From NCBI GenBank assembly GCA_964444045.1, contig CAYUFQ010000001.1, forward strand, positions 1 through 48,697: a stretch of DNA of 48,697 nucleotides, read 5' to 3'. Position 1 is the stretch's first letter. The number at the start of each line of letters is the position of its first letter. Of the stretch, positions 8,540 to 16,391 are shown piece by piece. A program made the translations under genes and the position numbers. The notes below the pieces were generated by a model. That model was not told the origin of the DNA. It worked only from the letters and a program-made list of their open reading frames with translations, and made no database searches. This DNA comes from an uncultured Bacteroides sp. GTDB taxonomy: Bacteria > Bacteroidota > Bacteroidia > Bacteroidales > Muribaculaceae.

Positions 8540-9763
8540 ATGAGTATCGGAATCACGGGTGAACCGCTTACCACCCTTAATGCAAGCGAGAATGTTCCCG
8601 AACTGTTGCGTAGCGACGTTGACCAGCGCATCACGAAGCTGCGCCCCATGGCCACTCCGGTTGACCAGCTGAGCCGCTATGCGTCGTCGAGGCCGTGTCG
8701 GAGCATGGTGGTGGACTATTATGCCGTGGCCACGCGCCAGGGGCAGACCACAGTGGCCAAATCAGCGGATAATATGGTTGTGAGCGACCCCGCGCGCGGC
8801 TTTTTTGAGATAGAGGTGGCCGACGAGGGGCTTTTTGACCCGTCGGAGACGGTGATTCTGCCCGACAGCCTCACTCCGGCCGGGGAGCCGATGGTGTTTT
8901 ACGTGACGTCGGGCTCGGGGAAGAAGCTGACCCTGCGCGGCATCAACGGCGCCATCGATGCCTCGGGGGCTATGAGGATGGGGGCGGTGAAGGCCGGCGA
9001 CAGAGTGGTGCGCATGGGGCGTGCGGCCGGCGAGCTCGACGTGCAGACCGCCCAGTATGAGGCTCTGCCCGAGAAGAAGCAGAATTACTGCCAGATATTC
9101 AAGGCGCAGATAGAGCAGAGCACTCTGATGCGCGCGGCCAACAAGGAGGTGGGCTGGACCTTTTCGGACCAGGAGGAGGTGGCCATCTACGATATGCGCC
9201 TGAACATGGAGCGGAGCTTCCTCTTCGGCCACCGCACGCGCTTTACCGACCCCGGGAAGAAGAGCGAGATATTCCTTACCGGCGGCATATGGAACCAGGC
9301 GGGCAAGCAGGTTGACTATCCTGCCGGAAAACTGACGGGCGCCGACTGGATAGGGGTGATGAGCGCGGCGTTTACGGGTCATGCCGGCTCGGCGCGCAAG
9401 ATTCTGATAGCGGGCACGGGGCTGATAGAGCAGCTGAGTCTGCTCGACGGCAATCAGCGGGTGATGCTGCCGGGCGACGTGGTGAGCCGCTGGGGTCTGG
9501 ACTTCACCGAGATGCACTCGAAGTTCGGCACTCTCTACGTGATTCACTCCGAGGTGCTCGACAGTTGCGGCCATTCGGCCGACGGCCTGATTATCGACCC
9601 CGAGTATCTTACCAAGTATGTCCACGTGCCATTCTCGGCCAATACGCTCGACCTGCGCAGCTCGGGTCAGCGCAACACGGAGGCAGTGGTGCTCACCGAG
9701 GTGAGCTGCCTGGTGCTCCGTTATCCTGAGGCTCACGTGAGGGTAGTGGCGAGCGGCATATGA
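8540..9763 (+). CDS. phage major capsid protein-like (HK97 fold, DUF5309/SU10-MCP-like pattern)
   Basis: 407 aa. The motifs ITKLRPMATPVDQLSR and EKKQNYCQIFKAQIEQSTLMRAAN...EEVAIYDMRLNMERSFLFG match, from memory, the N-arm and P-domain pattern of this capsid family. The antisense ORF 8762..9736 is Arg/His/Pro-rich shadow. Confidence 0.7.
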   Translation: MSIGITGEPLTTLNASENVPELLRSDVDQRITKLRPMATPVDQLSRYASSRPCRSMVVDYYAVATRQGQTTVAKSADNMVVSDPARGFFEIEVADEGLFDPSETVILPDSLTPAGEPMVFYVTSGSGKKLTLRGINGAIDASGAMRMGAVKAGDRVVRMGRAAGELDVQTAQYEALPEKKQNYCQIFKAQIEQSTLMRAANKEVGWTFSDQEEVAIYDMRLNMERSFLFGHRTRFTDPGKKSEIFLTGGIWNQAGKQVDYPAGKLTGADWIGVMSAAFTGHAGSARKILIAGTGLIEQLSLLDGNQRVMLPGDVVSRWGLDFTEMHSKFGTLYVIHSEVLDSCGHSADGLIIDPEYLTKYVHVPFSANTLDLRSSGQRNTEAVVLTEVSCLVLRYPEAHVRVVASGI

Positions 9764-10278
9764 AGCGAAACCTGACTAAGAGCGCCATGCTGGAGCTCTG
9801 GAAAACGATGCGTGCGGGCGAGCCACTGAGGCTCGACTGCACGCTGACCCGCACGGACGGGGCCGACTATGACCGCGCGCTCGAGGCCGAGATGCGCGCC
9901 TGGTATCTGCATCTGCTCGACTGCGGCGACGAGTCGATGCTCGCGCCGATAGAGATGGGCGCGGCGGCCGAGGTGAGCCCCGGCGCCACGGGGCTTGCCG
10001 TGGTGAGGGCGCCGGAGGGGGTGAGGCGCATATTGCGCATGCGGTTCGAGGGGTGGGATGGGGCGATTGCGCCCGATGCCGACGAGGCCACGGTGCGTGC
10101 CTGCGCGGCCAATCCGTTCTGCCGCCGGCCGCTTGCGGCGCGCATATCGCCCGGAGCGGTCATTGCCTCGGGGGCGTCGGGCCGGCTCGTTGAGCTGACG
10201 TGCGCTATGGATTTCGGCGAGGATAGTTATGTTTTTGACGATAAAGCAATAAAATCGATGATTGATTATGGAGCTTAG
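9760..10278 (+). CDS. hypothetical protein of the capsid-like cluster
   Basis: 172 aa. The ATG at 9760 overlaps the capsid gene stop (ATGA), which suggests translational coupling. I recognise no family. Confidence 0.55.
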   Translation: MKRNLTKSAMLELWKTMRAGEPLRLDCTLTRTDGADYDRALEAEMRAWYLHLLDCGDESMLAPIEMGAAAEVSPGATGLAVVRAPEGVRRILRMRFEGWDGAIAPDADEATVRACAANPFCRRPLAARISPGAVIASGASGRLVELTCAMDFGEDSYVFDDKAIKSMIDYGA

Positions 10279-11590
10279 AACTGATATATTGCAGGCGGCC
10301 GGCGATAAGTATGACCGGCTGGCCGGGTTCAGGGCTGCCCGGCGGCGCTTCAAGGAGTTTACGTATGGCAAGCAGTGGGGCGACGTTGTCACCACCCCCT
10401 CGGGCGAGCGCATGACCGAGGGGGAACTGGCCTCGAAGAGCGGCCGCATGCCGCTGACCAACAATATGATAAACCGGCTGGTGAAGACCATAGTGGGGCA
10501 CTTTCGCAGTAGCGGCGGCTCTGATGATAAGGCTGACCCCAACCGGCTCGGCGAACTCGACGCGAGGCTGTTTGAGGAATATCTGGTCAGCGGGTGTGCG
10601 GTGCAGCGGGTGAGCGTGGAGCGGCGCCCGGGGGCGTCGGGTACCCTGTGGGTCGACAATGTGAGCGCCGACAGGTTTTTCTGCAGCGAGATACGCGACC
10701 CCCGCAGCCTTGACGCGGAGCTGGTGGGGATGTATCACGACTGGTCGTTGCCCGAAACGATAGGGCGCTTTGCCGGCGGGTCGAGGGCCCGGGCCGGGGA
10801 GATCAGGCGGGCATATGCCGGAACGGCTGAAAACGGAGGGCGCTGCCGGGTGGCTGAGGTGTGGACTCTTGAGGCCGCCGAGCAGCTGCGCTGTCACGAC
10901 CCGTTGACGGCGAGCCTATATTGCGTGGCGGCCAACCGCGAAGGGGAGATTGCGGCAATGAACCGCCGGCGTGCAAAGCGCGGTCAGCCTCGCGTGCAGA
11001 CGCGCTATGAGTACGTTACCTCATGGTGCGGACGGTTTCTGACTCCTCACGGGCATGTGCTGGCCGAGCAGACGGCGCCGACGCATCCGTTTGCGGTTAA
11101 GTTCTATCCGCTGATCGACGGCGAGATACACCCGTTTGTGGAGGGGCTGATTGATCAGCAGAAGTATATCAACCGACTGATAACGCTGATTGACAACATG
11201 ATGTCGACCTCGGCCAAGGGGGTGCTGCTGTTTCCGGAAGATGAGATATGCGACCAGCTGAGCTGGGCCGACATACGCGCCATGTGGGCGAGCTACGACG
11301 GGGTGATTCCCTATAATCCGCGGCCGGGTTCGCCTGGGCCGCATCAGGTGGTTACGAATCCGGCCACGGGGGGAGCCTACGAGCTGGTGAATCTGGAGAT
11401 GAAGCTGTTTGAGCAGGCGGCCGGAGTGAGCGAGTCGCTTCAGGGTCGGCTCAATGCGGCCACGGGCAATTCGGCCACGCTGTTTGACGCTCAGACGCGC
11501 GCCTCGATGGCGTCGCTTGCCGATATCTTCGGCAGCTTCAACGACTTCATTGCCCGGCGCGACGCCCTGCTCGCGGCGCGAACGCGGTGA
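10268..11590 (+). CDS. phage portal protein-like
   Basis: The ATG at 10268 overlaps the upstream gene by 11 nt; the track start at 10262 is a TTG. An N-terminal FTYGKQWGD and a core GLIDQQKYINRLITLIDNMMSTSAKGVLLFPEDEI resemble P22 gp1 landmarks ([43 protein letters not shown]). Confidence 0.6.
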   Translation: MELRTDILQAAGDKYDRLAGFRAARRRFKEFTYGKQWGDVVTTPSGERMTEGELASKSGRMPLTNNMINRLVKTIVGHFRSSGGSDDKADPNRLGELDARLFEEYLVSGCAVQRVSVERRPGASGTLWVDNVSADRFFCSEIRDPRSLDAELVGMYHDWSLPETIGRFAGGSRARAGEIRRAYAGTAENGGRCRVAEVWTLEAAEQLRCHDPLTASLYCVAANREGEIAAMNRRRAKRGQPRVQTRYEYVTSWCGRFLTPHGHVLAEQTAPTHPFAVKFYPLIDGEIHPFVEGLIDQQKYINRLITLIDNMMSTSAKGVLLFPEDEICDQLSWADIRAMWASYDGVIPYNPRPGSPGPHQVVTNPATGGAYELVNLEMKLFEQAAGVSESLQGRLNAATGNSATLFDAQTRASMASLADIFGSFNDFIARRDALLAARTR

Positions 11591-11597
11591 GGGGGGT

Positions 11598-11689
11598 GAA
11601 TTATGAATTATCAATTATGAATTATCAATTTTTTTCTTCACTCAATCCATAATTCATAATTGATAATTCATAATTTATAATTGATAATT
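11598..11689. repeat. AT-rich inverted array of heptamer repeats, likely a bidirectional terminator hairpin between convergent genes
   Basis: A perfect 25-bp inverted repeat: aattatgaattatcaattatgaatt at 11599-11623 and aattcataattgataattcataatt at 11651-11675. Both arms are tandem 7-mers (AATTATN / ATAATTN), so several pairing registers are possible. Confidence 0.8.
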
Positions 11690-11694
11690 AAAAA

Positions 11695-13305
11695 TTACCA
11701 GATGTCGTCGGGCGACTTGGGGCGGATTGAGTCTTCCCAGCGGAATTTGGGGAGCTTGAGCAGGCTGCGCTTGGCAAGATAGAGTGGGGTGACGGTGCCC
11801 GTGGTTTCATTCCATAGCTTTGCGCGCTCGAGTTCGCGGGTTTTGAAGATGGCGGAAAGGAACGATGACTCCACGTTTGCAATTTTATTGTAGGTGGAGT
11901 CTTCTTCTTGCGGCAGCATAATGGCCTGCACGGAGCCGTTGACGTCGAGCTGGCGCAGCTCGCCGTTGTTGAACAGGGCAATCATCTCCTTGCCGCTGAG
12001 CTGATTGTAGTAGGGGTCTTCAATCAGCTCGGCCATGAAGCCGAAGTCGGGAAGAATGGCCTTGTCGATGGTTGAATCATTGAGGTGCACGATGATGCGG
12101 TTGCCGAATATCTGGCGGTTGTCGCTCCATACGATGGGGTCGTAGTCCATGCGCAGGGTTGAGTCGGAGCTGACAAACGTCATGGAGTCGCATACGCCCT
12201 GTAGGTCGGTGCGCCAGAAGCGCACGCGCGGGTTGACGATGGTGAGGCGGGTTGAGTCGGGGGTGGTGAACATGCGTATTTCCCGGCCGTGGAGATAAAG
12301 CACCTCGGGTTGCGAATATTCCATCAGGCGCGCGTGGCCGGTGCAGTAGGCGCTGTCGGTGAGCTCGCTGTAAAAGCCGTAATCACCTTCGACGCTCATC
12401 TGGCGCACCGAGTCGGTGAGCACCATCCGGCCGAAGGCCTCGCCGATGCCGGTGTTGCTGTCGTAGACAATAGAGTCGCCGGTGAGGGTGTTTCCTTTGT
12501 TGGTGTGAACGCGCGAGCGGTCAAGCAGAATCGCCGTGTTGAGGCCGGTGTTGAACGTGCCGTTGGTGGTGTAGATGTCGCCGTCGTTGCCGATAATGCG
12601 GGCACTGACGGGGAGCTCGGCAATGCGGGTGTCGGTGTTGTAGAGCAGGGTGTCGGTGTAGACCCATATGCTGTCGCCGCGGTCGCTGACGCCCTGCAGG
12701 CGCACCCGGCGGTAGAAGTTGGCCTCTTTGGTTGGCGGGGCGTATTCGCCTTCGAGCGAGGTCAGGCGGTTCCTTGGGTCGGTCAGGGTGCCGCCGTTGT
12801 CGTAGAATCCGAGCTCCATGGCCATTGAATAGTAGAGCACTGGGGCGGTGAGGGTTACGTCGCGGTTGATGAGCCTGACGTCCTGCTCGTCGCTGCCCCA
12901 CACGGTGGCGAGTTCCTGCGAGCCGGAGTATTCCATGGCGTCGCCGAAGAGGAAGAGGGTGTCGCCCTGCTCCATGCGTATGTGGCCGAACGCCTCCATC
13001 GAGTCGGCCGGGAGGGTGGGGGAGGTGTAGAATCGGGCGCTGTCGCAGTACATGAACATGTCGCCCCGGCGGAATATGACGTTGCCTACTACTATCTGCA
13101 CGTCGGGCTCGAGGGGGCTTACCGTCAGCGAGTCGGCCTGTTCGAGAAAAATCCGGCCGGGGGTGTGGCGGTTGGCGGCCGGAATCTGAGGCACGATTGG
13201 CGTTGAATCGGGCACTGAGAGCGGATTGCGGGCAAACATTGCCGCAGTGACGGCCATGATGGCCGCCACCGGCACAATCAGACGCTTGGCGCGACGGCTG
13301 GCCAT
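11695..13305 (-). CDS. membrane-anchored OstA/LptD-N (LptA-like) domain protein
   Basis: N-terminal anchor MASRRAKRLIVPVAAIMAVTAAMFA. An OstA_N-like pattern follows (FLEQADSLTV...VGNVIFRRGDMFMYCDSARFY). The start overlaps the stop of the upstream surA-like gene (TAATG). Confidence 0.6.
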   Translation of the reverse strand: MASRRAKRLIVPVAAIMAVTAAMFARNPLSVPDSTPIVPQIPAANRHTPGRIFLEQADSLTVSPLEPDVQIVVGNVIFRRGDMFMYCDSARFYTSPTLPADSMEAFGHIRMEQGDTLFLFGDAMEYSGSQELATVWGSDEQDVRLINRDVTLTAPVLYYSMAMELGFYDNGGTLTDPRNRLTSLEGEYAPPTKEANFYRRVRLQGVSDRGDSIWVYTDTLLYNTDTRIAELPVSARIIGNDGDIYTTNGTFNTGLNTAILLDRSRVHTNKGNTLTGDSIVYDSNTGIGEAFGRMVLTDSVRQMSVEGDYGFYSELTDSAYCTGHARLMEYSQPEVLYLHGREIRMFTTPDSTRLTIVNPRVRFWRTDLQGVCDSMTFVSSDSTLRMDYDPIVWSDNRQIFGNRIIVHLNDSTIDKAILPDFGFMAELIEDPYYNQLSGKEMIALFNNGELRQLDVNGSVQAIMLPQEEDSTYNKIANVESSFLSAIFKTRELERAKLWNETTGTVTPLYLAKRSLLKLPKFRWEDSIRPKSPDDIW

Positions 13306-14678
13306 TATTTCTTCATCCAGTTATGTTTCCAGTCGGGGCAGTCCTGCCAGCCCGGCTCGATGCGGATGTAGGTGTTGGCGATTTTTTTGTCGACCCAGTC
13401 GGTGAGGATGCGTTCCTGCTCGGCTTCGGTGGCCATGTCGCGGATGAGCTGATAGTCGCTCGTCAGGTTGGCGCGATGGGCCTCGATGCGGTCTTTGAGC
13501 TTCACTATCGCCACCTTGTCGAGGCCGTTCTTGGGGTCTTTCATGAAGAAGGCCGGGCTAATCTGGCCGGGCTTCAGCTCGGCCACCGCGCGGGCCACTT
13601 CGGCAGGCAGTTCGCTCATCTGGAAGAGCGATGTGTTGCCGCCCGATACGGTGGTCTGCGACATCAGGCCGTGGTTATTGCGCGTGTCTTTATCCTGGCT
13701 CAGCACTTCGGTCGCTTCGTCGAAGGTGAAGTTGCCGTCGAGAATGTCGGCGCGAATCGAGTCGAGCCTCATGCGGGCGGCGTCGAGGTCTTTGTCGTCA
13801 ACCCTGGGCTTGAGCAGAATCTGGCGGGTGTTGACTCTCTCGCCGCGTTTTTCGATGAGCTGGATTATGTGGAAGCCGTCTTCGGTTTCGATTACCGCCG
13901 ACGCCTTCTTGGGGTCGTTGAGGTTGAAGGCGGCGGTGGCGTATTCGGGGAGCATCTGCGCGCGGCTGAGCAGGCCCATCTCGCCGCCGTTGGTCGATGA
14001 GGGGTGCTCGCTGTACATCACCGCCAGGGTGGAGAAGTTGGCCGTGCCGTTATTGACGCGTTCGGCCATTTCGCGCAGGCGGTTCTTCACCGCGTCGGTT
14101 TCCTCGCGGGATATTGCGGGGTTGAGCGTCATGATCTGCACCTCCACCTGAGTGGGGATATAGGGAATCGAGTCGGCGGGCAGGCGGTCGAAGTAGCGGC
14201 GCACCTGCGAGGGGGTGAGCTTCACTTTGCTGACGAGGTTTTTCTGCACCTCGCTCATGCGGAAGCGGTTGGTCATGCTCTCGGTCATGTAGCGGCGCAG
14301 CTCGGGCAGCGACTTGTGCATATATATTTCGAGCGCCTCGCGCGAGCCGGCCTGGGCCATCCATTCGTTAATCTGCATGTCTACCTGGGCCATTACCCTG
14401 CCCGGGGGCACTTCGATGGTGTCGATATCGGCCTGGTGGAGATATATCCGCTCAAGGGCTATGCGTTCGGGCACGAAGCAGTAGGGGTCGCCCACGATGT
14501 TGACCCGCTCCTGCTTCATCTGCGTCCAGAGGTCTTCGACCTCCGAGCGCCATATGGGCTGGTCGCCGATCATCCATACCACTTCTTCGGCCACGTTGTC
14601 TTCAGGGCCGGCGGCGTTCAGGGCACATGCGGCCGCAAGCGCCCCGGAGTATAGCAAAGTTCTTAGTTTCACTTTCAT
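13305..14678 (-). CDS. SurA-like periplasmic chaperone / parvulin-type peptidyl-prolyl isomerase
   Basis: Signal peptide MKVKLRTLLYSGALAAACALNAA. The parvulin core is present (FSTLAVMYSEHPSSTNGGEMGLL...FNLNDPKKASAVIETEDGFHIIQLIEKRG). Confidence 0.75.
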   Translation of the reverse strand: MKVKLRTLLYSGALAAACALNAAGPEDNVAEEVVWMIGDQPIWRSEVEDLWTQMKQERVNIVGDPYCFVPERIALERIYLHQADIDTIEVPPGRVMAQVDMQINEWMAQAGSREALEIYMHKSLPELRRYMTESMTNRFRMSEVQKNLVSKVKLTPSQVRRYFDRLPADSIPYIPTQVEVQIMTLNPAISREETDAVKNRLREMAERVNNGTANFSTLAVMYSEHPSSTNGGEMGLLSRAQMLPEYATAAFNLNDPKKASAVIETEDGFHIIQLIEKRGERVNTRQILLKPRVDDKDLDAARMRLDSIRADILDGNFTFDEATEVLSQDKDTRNNHGLMSQTTVSGGNTSLFQMSELPAEVARAVAELKPGQISPAFFMKDPKNGLDKVAIVKLKDRIEAHRANLTSDYQLIRDMATEAEQERILTDWVDKKIANTYIRIEPGWQDCPDWKHNWMKK

Positions 14679-14694
14679 CGATGTTTAATTTGCG

Positions 14695-14702
14695 CAAATT
14701 TA
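14695..14702 (-). promoter_or_regulatory. -7 box TAAATTTG (minus strand) upstream of the surA-like gene
   Basis: The plus strand reads caaattta. The box lies 16 nt upstream of the ATG at 14678. Confidence 0.45.
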
Positions 14703-14746
14703 AGCATTTTTTTGCGTAACATAAGGTATTTCACATTTTTTATTGT

Positions 14747-14754
14747 TATTTTTG
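14747..14754 (+). promoter_or_regulatory. -7 box TATTTTTG upstream of the GH123-like gene
   Basis: It lies 21 nt upstream of the ATG at 14776, which supports that start over the track start at 14743. Confidence 0.45.
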
Positions 14755-14775
14755 CACAAAATTTCCTTGAATCTG

Positions 14776-16371
14776 ATGCGATTACTTCATTCGATAGCCC
14801 TTTCATTGGCCGCGCTGCCGATGTTTGCCGGCGGCGACGTGATTGCCGGCTGGACCTCATCCGACGTGATTCATTCCGCCACCGAGCTGCCATCCGCGCC
14901 GCTTCTGCCGGCCGATACGCTCACTGCGTGGCGCGGCGAGAAGGTAAGCGCCGAGGCGCTGCTCTATGCCGCCGAGGGCACCGACAGTCCGCTGACCCTC
15001 AGCCTCGAAGGGGGATATGCGAGATATATGGACTATGTGCTGACCGACGACCAGCGCTCGTGCGGCCGGCACAACTTCGACCTCACCCCCTGGCCGGTGG
15101 CCGACATTATCGGCCTTGACTGGGAGCGGGCGCTCGAGCCGCGCAAGGTGCAGCCCGTGTGGGCAAGCATCAAGGTGCCGGCCGATGCCGCCGAGGGCTT
15201 TCATGACTACACGCTGCGCATCACCGACGATGCCGGCAACCTCGTGGCCGCGCTTCCGCTCGTAGTCGACGTGAAGCCCCGCACTCTGCCCGAACCCCGG
15301 GAGTGGGCGTTTCATCTCGACTTCTGGCAGCAGCCCTATGCCGTGAGCCGCTATTACGGGCTGGAGCGCTGGAGCCCCGAACACTTCGAGGCGCTCAGGC
15401 CCTATATGCGCGCCCTGGCCGATGCCGGGCAGAAGGTGGTCACCGCCATATTGTTCTATGAGCCCTGGGGAGTGCAGAGCCACGACAAGTTTGACCCGAT
15501 GGTGCAGACAGTGCGACGCGCCGACGGAGCGTGGCAGTTTGACTTCGACATATTCGACCGCTACGTGGAGATGATGGCCGGGTGCGGCATCGACCGGCAG
15601 ATCAACTGCTATTCGATGGTGCCCTGGGATATGAGTTTCCGCTATTTCGACGAAGCGACGCAGCAGTTTCAGACGCTCGACTCCCCCACCGGCACCGAGG
15701 CCTACGATGACCTTTGGGGCGACTTTCTGCGCAGCTTCGCCGCCCATCTGCGCGCCAAGGGCTGGTTTGACAAGACCTGCATAGCCATGGACGAGCGCGG
15801 CCTGCAGTCGATGATGGACGCCAAGGCGCTGGTGGAGCGCACCGTGCCCGACATGAAGATGTCGCTCGCCGGCAACCGTCACCCCGAGCTGACCGACTAT
15901 CTGTATGACTACTGCATCCCCTACGGCCACAGCTTCACGGCCGAGGAGCTGGCGGCCCGCCGCGGGCGCCGACAGGTGAGCACCGTCTATACATGCTGCA
16001 TCGAGGCCGAGCCCAACATTCTGAGCAACAATAATCCGGGCGATGGCGCCTATCTGCCCCTCTATGCCGTGGCCAACGGCTTCGACGGCTATCTGCACTG
16101 GTCGTGGATCAACTGGCCCGACAATCCGCTCGACGACTCGAGGTTCGAGCTGTTCAGCGCCGGCGATACCTATCTGTTTTATCCCGGCCCCCGCTCGTCG
16201 GCCCGCTTCGAGAAGATAATCGAGGGGATACAGATGGCGGAGAAAATCCGTCTGCTCCGCGAGTCCGGCGCCGACATGACCGCCATCGACGCCGCCCTGG
16301 CCGCCTTGCCTGACCTGGCGCCGGCCCAGGCCGTGGCGGCCACACGCAATGCAATCAATTCAACAAAATAA
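14776..16371 (+). CDS. DUF4091 / GH123-like glycoside hydrolase (possible beta-N-acetylgalactosaminidase family)
   Basis: Signal peptide MRLLHSIALSLAALPMFA. The central block WQQPYAVSRYYGLERWSPEHFEALRPYMRALADAGQKV...FYEPWG...FDIFDRYVE matches my recollection of DUF4091. Confidence 0.6.
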   Translation: MRLLHSIALSLAALPMFAGGDVIAGWTSSDVIHSATELPSAPLLPADTLTAWRGEKVSAEALLYAAEGTDSPLTLSLEGGYARYMDYVLTDDQRSCGRHNFDLTPWPVADIIGLDWERALEPRKVQPVWASIKVPADAAEGFHDYTLRITDDAGNLVAALPLVVDVKPRTLPEPREWAFHLDFWQQPYAVSRYYGLERWSPEHFEALRPYMRALADAGQKVVTAILFYEPWGVQSHDKFDPMVQTVRRADGAWQFDFDIFDRYVEMMAGCGIDRQINCYSMVPWDMSFRYFDEATQQFQTLDSPTGTEAYDDLWGDFLRSFAAHLRAKGWFDKTCIAMDERGLQSMMDAKALVERTVPDMKMSLAGNRHPELTDYLYDYCIPYGHSFTAEELAARRGRRQVSTVYTCCIEAEPNILSNNNPGDGAYLPLYAVANGFDGYLHWSWINWPDNPLDDSRFELFSAGDTYLFYPGPRSSARFEKIIEGIQMAEKIRLLRESGADMTAIDAALAALPDLAPAQAVAATRNAINSTK

Positions 16372-16391
16372 TAAATCATTTAAAACCAATC

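Noticed and set aside
8762-11614. Minus-strand ORFs 8762..9736, 9733..10659, 10205..10897 and 11021..11614 across the capsid-like cluster.
   Set aside because: Their products are Arg/His/Pro/Ala/Gly-rich. They tile exactly antisense to the plus-strand genes, which have recognisable capsid- and portal-like motifs and coupled start/stop overlaps.
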